Shown in pieces: positions 1-8,388 of a stretch of 38,173 bases of DNA. Under the pieces are notes generated by a model. The model searched no databases. It saw only the letters and a program-made list of their open reading frames with translations, and was not told the origin of the DNA. Each line of letters opens with the position of its first letter. Position 1 is the first letter of the stretch. This DNA comes from Candidatus Merdenecus merdavium (GTDB lineage: Bacteria; Bacillota; Clostridia; Lachnospirales; Lachnospiraceae): assembly GCA_018715425.1 (NCBI GenBank), contig DVLR01000139.1:1-38173 (forward strand). The letters run 5' to 3'. Made by a program: the position numbers and the translations under genes.

Positions 1-122
1 ATGGATGGATAATTGATTGCGTTTCATTCATCCTAAATAAACCAATGTAGACAAAAATTAATATAATGTTTTAGCATAATGTATAACTAAAATAAGAAAA
101 ATAATATTAAATAGTAATTAAA

Positions 123-138
123 TGTTTCACGTGAAACA
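123..138. promoter_or_regulatory. parS: parS centromere-like ParB-binding site
   Basis: A perfect 16-bp palindrome TGTTTCACGTGAAACA lies at 123-138. It matches the Firmicutes parS consensus (TGTTNCACGTGAAACA) and sits about 100 nt upstream of parA-parB. Confidence 0.8.
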
Positions 139-236
139 TTTGCTAGTAGATAAATAGAAAATTAAGTGTTATAATAAATACATAAGTTATTTGGAGTATA
201 AATATAATGAAAAGTACAAAAGAAAGGGGATAAATA

Positions 237-1010
237 ATGGGTAGGATCATTGTGGTTGCTAACCAAAAAGGTGGTGTAGGTAAGACGACTACAGCAATCA
301 ACTTATCGGCATCTTTAGCAGAATTAGAAAAAAAAGTATTAATGATTGATATGGATCCTCAAGGAAATGCAACGAGTGGATTGGGTATTGAGAAAAATGA
401 AGTTTCTAATACCGTCTATGAATTATTAATAGGTCAAAATACAATAGAAGAATGTATTCAAAGGGAGGTCTTTGAAAATCTTTCTGTATTGCCATCTAAT
501 ATGAATTTATCTGCAGCGGAAATAGAATTAATAGGTGTTGATGAAAAAGAGTATTTATTAAAAAAAGAAGTTGATAAGATAAAAGATGAATATGATTTTA
601 TTATTATTGATTGTCCTCCATCATTAAATATGTTGACAATTAATTCAATGACAACAGCGGATACTGTTATAGTACCAATTCAGTGTGAATATTATGCATT
701 AGAGGGACTGACTCAATTAATACATACCATAGAGTTGGTAAAGGAAAGATTAAATCCAAAGCTTGAAATGGAGGGGGTAGTATTTACCATGTTTGACGCA
801 AGAACAAATCTTTCATTACAAGTGGTTGAAAACGTAAAAGAAAATTTAAATCAAAATATATACAAAACTATTATTCCTAGGAATATTAGACTTGCAGAAG
901 CACCAAGTCATGGTTTGCCTATTAATTTATATGATAATAAATCGGCAGGAGCAGAAAATTATAAACTCCTAGCAGAAGAAGTAATATATAGAGGAGAAGA
1001 GGAGTTTTAA
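237..1010 (+). CDS. parA: ParA/Soj chromosome-partitioning ATPase
   Basis: 257-aa ORF. It has the deviant Walker A VANQKGGVGKTTTAINL plus DMDPQGN and IIIDCPPSL motifs. An SD AAAGGGG precedes the ATG, and parB starts 2 nt after the stop. Confidence 0.95.
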   Translation: MGRIIVVANQKGGVGKTTTAINLSASLAELEKKVLMIDMDPQGNATSGLGIEKNEVSNTVYELLIGQNTIEECIQREVFENLSVLPSNMNLSAAEIELIGVDEKEYLLKKEVDKIKDEYDFIIIDCPPSLNMLTINSMTTADTVIVPIQCEYYALEGLTQLIHTIELVKERLNPKLEMEGVVFTMFDARTNLSLQVVENVKENLNQNIYKTIIPRNIRLAEAPSHGLPINLYDNKSAGAENYKLLAEEVIYRGEEEF

Positions 1011-1012
1011 TT

Positions 1013-1903
1013 ATGGCAGTAAAAAAAGGTGGTCTAGGTAAGGGATTGGATTCTTTAATTCCAAATCAAGTTAAAAAAACGGAAAGAAAAATAGACAATC
1101 AAGTTGTTAAAGAGGAAAAAGTAGATCTTTTTGTCAAGTTATCCCAAATAGAGCCAAATAAAAATCAGCCAAGAAATCATTTTGATGAAGATAGTCTACT
1201 TGAATTAGCAGATTCTATTAAGCAATATGGTGTTATTCAACCTATTGTTGTGCAGAAACAAAAGGATTTTTATGAAATTATTGCAGGGGAACGTAGATGG
1301 AGGGCGGCTAAACTGGCTGGTCTTAAAGAAGTTCCAGTGATTATTAAAAATTATACCGAACAAGAGATTTTAGAAATATCATTAATTGAAAATATTCAAA
1401 GAGAAAATCTAAACCCAATTGAAGAAGCTCTCGCCTATAAAAAGTTATTGAATGAATTTGAGTTGAAGCAGGACGAAGTAGCTGAGAGGGTTTCGAAAAG
1501 TAGAACTGCTGTAACAAATTCTATTAGATTATTGAAGCTATGCGAAAAGGTTCAACAAATGTTGATTGATGATATGATTTCTACAGGTCATGCAAGAGCC
1601 TTATTGGCCATTGAAGATGAAGAATATCAATACACCATTGCAACAAAGATCTTTGATGAAAAATTAAGTGTTAGGGAGACGGAAAAACTGGTAAAGGCTA
1701 TTCAAAAACCTGTTAAAGAAAAGAAGGTTATCGAAAAAGCTAACGATTTTATTTATAAAGATATAGAAGAAAAAATAAGATCAATTATAGGAACGAAAGT
1801 CATTGTGAATCATAAAGCTAATAATAAGGGAAAAATAGAAATTGAGTATTATTCTAATGAGGAATTAGAAAGGTTAATAGAGTTATTTGAATCTATAAGA
1901 TAG
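1013..1903 (+). CDS. parB: ParB/Spo0J chromosome-partitioning protein
   Basis: 296-aa ORF with the ParB-box region IQPIVV..YEIIAGERRWRAAKLAGL and an HTH segment (QDEVAERVSKSRTAVTNSIRLL). It is tightly linked to parA. Confidence 0.95.
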   Translation: MAVKKGGLGKGLDSLIPNQVKKTERKIDNQVVKEEKVDLFVKLSQIEPNKNQPRNHFDEDSLLELADSIKQYGVIQPIVVQKQKDFYEIIAGERRWRAAKLAGLKEVPVIIKNYTEQEILEISLIENIQRENLNPIEEALAYKKLLNEFELKQDEVAERVSKSRTAVTNSIRLLKLCEKVQQMLIDDMISTGHARALLAIEDEEYQYTIATKIFDEKLSVRETEKLVKAIQKPVKEKKVIEKANDFIYKDIEEKIRSIIGTKVIVNHKANNKGKIEIEYYSNEELERLIELFESIR

Positions 1904-1921
1904 ATGAGGAGATATAGATAA

Positions 1922-2443
1922 ATGAACAATGGAAATAATAGTAAAATTTTAAATGCTTTAGGCATAGATCCAGGAATCATTATCATAATTTTATTGATTT
2001 TGATTATAATCCTATTTGTTATCGTATTTTCTATGCTTATGCATTTTAAACGTTTTGATAAAAAGTATAAAATGTTTATGAGAGGTAAGGACGGAGTATC
2101 ATTAGAAAAAACTTTTTTAAGAAGTTTTCATGAATTGGATAAACTAATTGAATCGAATAATAATCATAGAGAAGAAATAAAAAATATCAAAGAGACATTA
2201 TCTAAGACTTTAACGAAAAGAGCTATTGTGAAATACGATGCATTTAAAGAAGTTGGAGGAAAATTGAGTTTTGCACTTGCAATGTTAGATGGAAGCAACA
2301 GTGGATACGTTATGAATGTCATTCATAGTAGAGAGGGCTGTTATACTTACATTAAAGAAATTTTAAATGGAGAATCTTTTATAGCTCTTGGAGAAGAGGA
2401 AAAAGAAGCCCTTAGAATGGCTTTGGAGGAAGAAATTATATAA
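1922..2443 (+). CDS. Small membrane-anchored protein, DUF4446-like (family recalled from memory)
   Basis: 173-aa ORF with an SD GAGGAG and one N-terminal TM helix (IIIILLILIIILFVIVFSMLM). Its position right after parB is typical for this family in Firmicutes. Confidence 0.7.
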   Translation: MNNGNNSKILNALGIDPGIIIIILLILIIILFVIVFSMLMHFKRFDKKYKMFMRGKDGVSLEKTFLRSFHELDKLIESNNNHREEIKNIKETLSKTLTKRAIVKYDAFKEVGGKLSFALAMLDGSNSGYVMNVIHSREGCYTYIKEILNGESFIALGEEEKEALRMALEEEII

Positions 2444-2542
2444 AAACGAAAAATTAGAATTAAAAAAAGAGATTGTTTTTAAATTATTTTATATATATGA
2501 GATAAAATAGTTGGAAATAGGGCAAATGAGTGTATAAGAAGT

Positions 2543-2574
2543 GGGATATGGAATTTTTAAAACATCCATATCCT
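2543..2574 (+). terminator. Hairpin downstream of the DUF4446-like gene (possible terminator)
   Basis: A 10-bp stem GGGATATGGA / TCCATATCCT (one G-U pair) with a 12-nt loop. It is followed by ATTTATATA, an interrupted U-tract. Confidence 0.45.
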
Positions 2575-2710
2575 ATTTATATACGTAAAAATATAGATTA
2601 TAATAGAATTATGGTGGTTCATTAACGGTTTTGCCCTTTAAATCAAATAAATAGGAAATATGATAAATATTTGTAAAAATGGGTATCATAAGAATATTAG
2701 ACATATATAC

Positions 2711-2739
2711 TTGAAAAAAGTAAAATAGTATTATATAAT
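2711..2739 (+). promoter_or_regulatory. Sigma-A type promoter for the serS leader
   Basis: TTGAAA (2711-2716), a 17-nt spacer, then TATAAT (2734-2739). Confidence 0.55.
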
Positions 2740-2799
2740 GGTGAAGTATAAATGAAATCGTATTTTTACCATAGATTATAAATAAAAGCTATTTATTCG

Positions 2800-3035
2800 T
2801 AATATAAAAAAGTAAAGAGACAGTGATAAAAGCTAAGATTCATCATTCTTATAAAGAGAGTCAATGGTTGGTGTGAATTGATAAAGAATAGAATTGTTCC
2901 ACTTTTAGAGTCGCCAGGATAACTGGAAGGTTGGTAACCTTTATCTTACTTCAAGAGACTATAATATTATTATAGTAATTTGGGTGGCAACGCGGATTCT
3001 TTCGTCCCATATAAAGGGAGGAAAGGATTTTTTTA
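2800..3035 (+). promoter_or_regulatory. T-box leader (tRNA-Ser responsive) with intrinsic terminator
   Basis: The T-box core AATTTGGGTGGCAACGCGG at 2977-2995 is close to AANNNGGGTGGNACCGCG. A terminator stem ATTCTTTCGTCCC / GGGAGGAAAGGAT (2996-3028) follows, then a T7 run. AGAGA-type stem I elements lie at about 2815-2870. It sits directly upstream of serS. The 5' boundary is approximate. Confidence 0.8.
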
Positions 3036-3091
3036 TTTTAATGAATAATCAATGTATGATAAAATCATATAGTAATAGAAGGAGATAAGAG

Positions 3092-4369
3092 ATGATAGAT
3101 ATTAAGTTATTAAGGACAGATTTTGATAAAGTAGAAAAAGCACTTTCTACTAGAAATGAGGACTTTGATTTAAGTAAATTTAAATCTTTAGATGAAAAGC
3201 GAAGAGCCCTTCTAAGTGAAGTTGAAACATTAAAAGCAAAGCAAAATTCCGTTTCAAAAAGCATACCAGCTCTCAAAAAAGAAGGAAAAGATGTTGCTCC
3301 TATTTTTGAGGAAATGAAGGGATTATCAGAACAGGTAAAGGTATTAAATAGTCAAGTTTCAGAAGTGGAAAAAGAATTGAACGACTGGATGTTAACCATT
3401 CCTAATATTCCAAATGAAACGGTACCTCAAGGAAATAGTGATGAAGATAATGTTGAAATTAGAAAATTTAGTGAACCTACTGTCTTTGATTTTGAGCCAA
3501 AGCCACATTGGGATTTAGGATCTAATTTAGGGATTGTAGACCCTGAAACAGCGGCTAAAGTATCTGGTTCAAGATTTACATTTTATAAAGATACAGGAGC
3601 AAGATTAGAAAGAGCCATTACAAATTTCTTTTTAGATACTCATACATCAGAACATGGATATACAGAGGTATTTCCTCCATTTATGGTAAGTAGAGAAAGT
3701 ATGACAGGAACTGGACAGTTACCAAAATTTGAAGAAGATGCATACAAAGTACAAGGTGATGGTAAAGAATATTTCTTAGTTCCAACAGCTGAAGTTCCAG
3801 TAACCAATATGTACAGAGATCAAATTTTAGATGGAGCAACACTCCCAATTAAACATGTAGCATATACAGCATGTTTTAGAGCAGAGGCCGGATCAGCAGG
3901 TAGAGATACTAGGGGATTAATACGCCAACATCAATTTAATAAAGTAGAACTTGTTAAATTTACTCGACCAGAGGATTCATATGAGGAACTAGAAAAACTT
4001 TTGGCAGATGCTGAACATGTGTTACAGCTATTAGAACTTCCATACCGAGTGGTTAAGATCTGTATTGGAGATCTTGGCTTTACGGCAGCTATGAAATACG
4101 ATATCGAGGTTTGGATGCCAAGTTATAATCGCTATGTTGAGATATCAAGTTGTAGTAACTTTGAAGACTTCCAGTCTAGAAGAGCTAATATTAAGTATAA
4201 AGATAGTGTAAAGGATAAAGCAAAATTGGTTCATACCCTAAATGGTAGCGGTGTAGCAGTTGGTAGAACTACAGCGGCTATTCTAGAAAACTATCAGCAG
4301 GCTGATGGAAGTATAAAAATTCCTGAAGTTTTAGTTCCTTATATGGGTGGTATAACAGAGATTAAATAA
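3092..4369 (+). CDS. serS: Seryl-tRNA synthetase
   Basis: 425-aa ORF with an SD AAGGAG. It has the N-terminal coiled-coil arm (MIDIKLLR...) and class II aaRS motifs ([33 protein letters not shown]). Confidence 0.97.
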   Translation: MIDIKLLRTDFDKVEKALSTRNEDFDLSKFKSLDEKRRALLSEVETLKAKQNSVSKSIPALKKEGKDVAPIFEEMKGLSEQVKVLNSQVSEVEKELNDWMLTIPNIPNETVPQGNSDEDNVEIRKFSEPTVFDFEPKPHWDLGSNLGIVDPETAAKVSGSRFTFYKDTGARLERAITNFFLDTHTSEHGYTEVFPPFMVSRESMTGTGQLPKFEEDAYKVQGDGKEYFLVPTAEVPVTNMYRDQILDGATLPIKHVAYTACFRAEAGSAGRDTRGLIRQHQFNKVELVKFTRPEDSYEELEKLLADAEHVLQLLELPYRVVKICIGDLGFTAAMKYDIEVWMPSYNRYVEISSCSNFEDFQSRRANIKYKDSVKDKAKLVHTLNGSGVAVGRTTAAILENYQQADGSIKIPEVLVPYMGGITEIK

Positions 4370-4475
4370 ACTTTCGATTTAAACGAGACAAAAGAATAAA
4401 AATAAGATAAAATAATAGATGTAGTGGTATTATAATTACTATCATTATCATAGAAATGATAATATTAAAAGCGGT

Positions 4476-4504
4476 GGCAAATAGTTGTAAGGATTCTATT
4501 TGCC
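4476..4504 (+). terminator. Hairpin after serS (probable terminator)
   Basis: A 9-bp stem GGCAAATAG / CTATTTGCC with an 11-nt loop, followed by the T-rich TTATGCTTTCTG. Confidence 0.5.
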
Positions 4505-4542
4505 TTATGCTTTCTGTAAATGATATATTTATTTGAAGTGAG

Positions 4543-5433
4543 GTGAGTTTTGTGCATAATTATCTTAGGGCAATAGGATTTAGTAAAATAAGAAACAAAA
4601 AGGAATTAGAGGCTATTTTAAAGGAAACCATAACCAAGTACGATGAAAAGAATATGGTATATTCTCATGAAGGTGCTAACTTTGCAGAAATCTCTAAGTC
4701 ATTTTTATTTGACGGAGGAATTACTGTTTGTGGAGAATACGATGAAGAAGATAATTTCGTTCCAGAATATTACTTTCCTTTTTTTAGAGGAACGGGAGTT
4801 TCTACAACGGAAGATGTGATTGTAGAGAGGCATGCTGGTAAGGAATCTTACGCTGGCGCATGTGATGATATTAGAGTGGGAGTCACCATGATTTTTTATT
4901 TGCAGAATGCTGCAGAATATAAAAAACAATTGTTTAAAGAAGATTTGCCGAAACAAAATACCTCGGTCACATTTTCGGCTCTTAGCACAGATGGTAAAAT
5001 ATTATTGCCAATAGCCAAAAACAAGGATTATAAGAAGGAAACTAAGAAAGCCTTAGAAATACGCAACAATCTAATTTCAGCGGCTAGAAAAGGCGATGAG
5101 GAGGCAATGGAGAGTCTTACCATAGAAGATATTGATACTTATTCTATGATATCAAGAAGAATTGCTACGGAAGATGTTTTTACCATTGTAGATACCTACT
5201 TTATGCCTTATGGAATGGAATGTGATCACTATAATGTCATGGGAGAGATTATCGACTATAATTTAGTAAAGAATACATATACAAATGAAAAGATATATCA
5301 GCTTTACCTTGAGTGCAACGATGTCTTTTTTGATGTTTGTATCAATGAAGAGGATCTTATGGGCAAACCAGAAGTAGGAAGACGATTTAAAGGTAATATA
5401 TGGTTGCAAGGATATATTAACTTTGAAAAATAA
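4543..5433 (+). CDS. Conserved hypothetical protein (possibly DUF3881-type; recalled from memory)
   Basis: 296-aa ORF with a GTG start 4 nt after GAAGTGAGG. The N-terminus HNYLRAIGFSKI..ELE.IL resembles clostridial DUF3881 proteins. No catalytic motif was recognised. Confidence 0.7.
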   Translation: MSFVHNYLRAIGFSKIRNKKELEAILKETITKYDEKNMVYSHEGANFAEISKSFLFDGGITVCGEYDEEDNFVPEYYFPFFRGTGVSTTEDVIVERHAGKESYAGACDDIRVGVTMIFYLQNAAEYKKQLFKEDLPKQNTSVTFSALSTDGKILLPIAKNKDYKKETKKALEIRNNLISAARKGDEEAMESLTIEDIDTYSMISRRIATEDVFTIVDTYFMPYGMECDHYNVMGEIIDYNLVKNTYTNEKIYQLYLECNDVFFDVCINEEDLMGKPEVGRRFKGNIWLQGYINFEK

Positions 5434-5463
5434 TCAGTTGATTTTTAATATTAGAAGTGTTAG

Positions 5464-5510
5464 AATAAATAGCGTAGGTTTTTTAATATAAGATTCCTAT
5501 GCTATTTATT
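5464..5510. terminator. 15-bp inverted repeat between the hypothetical gene and the tRNA
   Basis: AATAAATAGCGTAGG / CCTATGCTATTTATT (one G-U pair) with a 17-nt loop. No clean U-tract follows the stem. Confidence 0.45.
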
Positions 5511-5584
5511 ATATGGATGATACCACAACTTTCCCTGAGCAAAGGTGATGGTTAAATAGGAAAAATTGAATAAAATGAATCATT

Positions 5585-5656
5585 GTCCTCTTAGTAAAAT
5601 GGATATTACGAGACCCTCCTAAGGTTTAAGTGCAGGTTCGATTCCTGCAGGGGACG
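5585..5656 (+). tRNA. tRNA-Arg (anticodon CCU)
   Basis: Cloverleaf folded by hand. Acceptor stem GTCCTCT/AGGGGAC, D stem GTAA/TTAC with a GG loop, anticodon stem AGACC/GGTTT. Anticodon loop is CT-CCT-AA (U33 present, A37). T stem GCAGG/CCTGC with loop TTCGATT. Discriminator is G. CCA is not encoded. Confidence 0.85.
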
Positions 5657-5668
5657 CTAGAATATTCA

Positions 5669-5707
5669 CCGGAAACTCACATAAACACTGGGTTTTCGGT
5701 TTTTTTG
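5669..5707 (+). terminator. Rho-independent terminator after tRNA-Arg
   Basis: An 8-bp stem CCGGAAAC / GTTTTCGG (one G-U pair) with a 15-nt loop, followed by a T7 run. Confidence 0.7.
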
Positions 5708-5861
5708 TTTTTAGAGAAAATATTCAATTATCCAAAAAGGTTAGAATTTCTTGCTAAGAAAAGTTCAATTATTTACGAGTTTTTGAAAACAAACAGGCAA
5801 AGGGTTTGTTAAGAAATCTAGTTTTGATAACTGGTTGGATGGCGAAAAAGGAGAATAAATT

Positions 5862-6079
5862 ATGGCATCAATCGTTAGACGAAAACGAAGTATTGTGTTG
5901 TGTATCATTACACAGATGAAAAGGGAAAAGCGAGTGCTAAGAAAAGAGATATCGAAACTGTTGAGTCGACTCCTAAGAAGGAAGAACCAACAGAGGAGGA
6001 TACAGCAGCACTTCTCACCAAATTATTACAGAATCCTGAAACAGCCAGTCTGCTAAAAGCGTTGGCGAAGAATCTTTAA
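5862..6079 (+). pseudogene. Tyrosine integrase remnant (frameshift plus large internal deletion)
   Basis: An SD AAAGGAG precedes the ATG. MASIVRRKRS is followed, after a 1-nt frame slip at about 5890, by YCVVYHYTDEKGK. This is the typical N-terminus of Firmicutes ICE/phage integrases (MASI.KR..SY.V.Y.Y.D..GK). Only about 72 codons remain. The remnant ends in an acidic/helical tail (...AALLTKLLQNPETASLLKALAKNL) like the C-terminal tails of such integrases. Confidence 0.6.
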
Positions 6080-6095
6080 AATTGAACATTGTATG

Positions 6096-6131
6096 AAAAA
6101 ACCTCTGTGATCGGATTATCCGTACAGAGGT
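6096..6131 (-). terminator. Rho-independent terminator of the 135-aa gene
   Basis: On the minus strand, ACCTCTGT...ACAGAGGT forms an 8-bp stem (plus an inner CGG/CCG pairing). It is followed by TTTTTT. Confidence 0.7.
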
Positions 6132-6135
6132 CCTA

Positions 6136-6543
6136 TTATACGTCGTAACTCATTTTTTCTGGAATAGTTCCATCCTCTTGATATTTTTGAAATAGCCAAA
6201 ACAGTAAGTACCCTATCATAACATCCATTCCATTATCAAACGTTTTCCAGCAATTAGAACAGTTCGTTGTTTTTATTAGATCTGATTCAATCATTTTAGG
6301 ATAATCTACAGAAACAGGGATTCTTTTAGTTATGAGTTTCTTGCGACCACTTGGCATCTTCTTTATTTTTTCGTGTATCTCGGGTTCTATGAAACATTGC
6401 TTATCTATAACAATTTCACCATCATAAATATGCTCATAGTTTTTATATTTGTTTTCATTTAGATTGTATCCACCGTACAGATACATTACTGTTGAATCAT
6501 CTTCCAGAACCTTAACCGCCACTGCTCCGATACCACGACTCAT
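6136..6543 (-). CDS. Hypothetical protein (135 aa), no recognisable domain
   Basis: The ORF was trimmed to MSRGIG..., whose ATG lies 5 nt after GGAGGTG. It has its own terminator. No motif was recognised. Confidence 0.7.
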   Translation of the reverse strand: MSRGIGAVAVKVLEDDSTVMYLYGGYNLNENKYKNYEHIYDGEIVIDKQCFIEPEIHEKIKKMPSGRKKLITKRIPVSVDYPKMIESDLIKTTNCSNCWKTFDNGMDVMIGYLLFWLFQKYQEDGTIPEKMSYDV

Positions 6544-6677
6544 AAAAACACCTCCAACAATTACTTTAGATAATACAATTATAAACAATGATATTTACAT
6601 ATTCAATAGAATTAGAAACATTCAAATATCAAAGTAATATTTGAGAATATCAATATTATTTGCTATACTGTTTATGA

Positions 6678-6797
6678 TATATTGTCGATTATATTGAGAA
6701 TGTTTCTACAGAGGTTATTTGTAAAATATGTAATGTTCTGAATTGCCAAGTGGAAGATATTATGGAATTAGTAAACGAAAAGTGTGTAAATGATTAG
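6678..6797 (+). pseudogene. C-terminal fragment of an XRE/Cro-type HTH regulator
   Basis: A startless open frame reads ...IENVSTEVICKICNVLNCQVEDIMELVNEK... This matches the third helix and tail of HTH_XRE domains (..L..LC..L.C...DL.E). A stop lies immediately upstream and there is no start codon. Confidence 0.45.
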
Positions 6798-6912
6798 GCA
6801 ATAAAATGAATCATTAAGGTTAAGGGCGTTGCTCCATTCGTATACAGTTTAATCAACAAGATGGACAATTACTTAAGGGAATATTATTGCGCCAGATTTT
6901 GAAGGAGACATT

Positions 6913-8388
6913 ATGTCAAAACAACTTACTTTAGGGATAACCAAGATTGGGGATTTACTCCTTGCAAATAGAATAACCAGAGATGAGCACAACAATCCGA
7001 TCCAAGGAGTGCAGTTAACTGTACCAGAGTATCAGCGACCTTACAAGTGGACCGCGAAAAATGCCAATCAGTTGTTGGATGATATTATCGGTGCGAAGAA
7101 TGAGAATAAGGAAGTGTATCGTATAGGTACGCTTATTCTGCATGTAGATGAGAAAAAAGATAACATTTACAATATTGTCGATGGACAGCAGAGGATAATA
7201 ACATTTACACTTCTTTTAAAAGCCATGGGGGAGACAGAAATTAATTTCTTAAAACAGGGTCTTTCCAACAATCAATACAATGCCTTCAATGTCCTGAATA
7301 ATTATCGTGGCTTTAAGAGGCGTGTGATGAACATGAAGGATGAAAAGGAGAAAGGGGATTTACTTGATTATATTAAGAATAATTGTGAGTTGATTGTTGT
7401 ATCTACAGGTGATATATCTGAGGCATTCCAGTTCTTTGATTCGCAGAATGCACGTGGAAAGAAATTGTATCCGCATGATCTTCTGAAAGCGTATCACTTG
7501 CGAGAGATGAATAATCTTGATGTTAGTGAAACGGAAAGGATTGTAAAGATTTGGGAAGATATGAATCAAAAGGATCTTGCAAATCTTTTCCAAGAGTATT
7601 TGTACCGTATGAAAGAATGGATTAAGGGTAATAGGTCATATAGATTAGATGAAAATAATATGAGAATGTTCAAGGGTGTTACCAAGAATAATAATTATCC
7701 GTATGCAAAGTTTTATAAGGGGGCATATGCGTATGCAGATTATCTGAATCAATCATCAGTTCCATTTGTAACGGGAATGGTTGAAATGAATCCATTTCAA
7801 ATAGACACAACTATTATTGCAGGTAAAACTTTTTTTGAGTATGCAAAGCACTATTTTGATGTCCTAGCGGATATCAGGAACAACGATAAATATGAAGGAT
7901 ATTTCATTAATGACAACGATATTGTAAAGACATTGAATAATAGGAAGTATCGCAACGGTGTTGGAAATGGTATTGCTAGAAAAATGTTTGATACGGTAAT
8001 ATTACTTTATGTAGATCGTTTTTGCTCGGTGCCCCCATCCAAAGTAGACTCGGAATTGTTAGATCAGTTTGTTGTGTATGCATTTGTTTGGGCATATTCT
8101 ATGCGTGCGCAGTACAAGAATGTAGGATGGCAGGTGGCTGAAAATTATATTATGGGTACTTCATCAAAAGGTGCGATAAACTCTTTTAACATCTACAAGG
8201 TTATTGCAGAAGCAGATTCTCCGATTGTGGTTTTAAATTGTTTATCTGATAAAGTGCAGTATTTACCTGATAGCAGGATTGTTGCAAATAAGGACGGTCT
8301 GGGAGATAAAGAGAATGGTGCGTACATAAATTATCTTGATCATTTTAAAGAAAATGGATTTTGGAAGGGAGATACGTCCAATGAGTAA
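6913..8388 (+). CDS. DUF262-family protein (GmrS-like ParB/Srx-fold NTPase domain), no nuclease domain recognised
   Basis: 491 aa with an SD GAAGGAG. DUF262 motifs are VPEYQRPYKW, IVDGQQRIITFTLLL and FFDSQNARGKKLYPHDLLKAYHL. The C-terminal region of about 300 aa has no motif I can name. Confidence 0.85.
   Translation: MSKQLTLGITKIGDLLLANRITRDEHNNPIQGVQLTVPEYQRPYKWTAKNANQLLDDIIGAKNENKEVYRIGTLILHVDEKKDNIYNIVDGQQRIITFTLLLKAMGETEINFLKQGLSNNQYNAFNVLNNYRGFKRRVMNMKDEKEKGDLLDYIKNNCELIVVSTGDISEAFQFFDSQNARGKKLYPHDLLKAYHLREMNNLDVSETERIVKIWEDMNQKDLANLFQEYLYRMKEWIKGNRSYRLDENNMRMFKGVTKNNNYPYAKFYKGAYAYADYLNQSSVPFVTGMVEMNPFQIDTTIIAGKTFFEYAKHYFDVLADIRNNDKYEGYFINDNDIVKTLNNRKYRNGVGNGIARKMFDTVILLYVDRFCSVPPSKVDSELLDQFVVYAFVWAYSMRAQYKNVGWQVAENYIMGTSSKGAINSFNIYKVIAEADSPIVVLNCLSDKVQYLPDSRIVANKDGLGDKENGAYINYLDHFKENGFWKGDTSNE

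Noticed and set aside
2519-2637. A possible structured RNA. AGGGCAAA (2519-2526) can pair with TTTGCCCT (2630-2637), enclosing the 2543-2574 hairpin in the long spacer before the serS promoter.
   Set aside because: It is only 8 bp of long-range complementarity in AT-rich DNA. No known riboswitch or sRNA motif was recognised. It needs covariance evidence.
5630-5812. A 60-aa ORF starting inside the tRNA-Arg T-arm.
   Set aside because: It overlaps the tRNA and its terminator, has no SD and has an implausible sequence.
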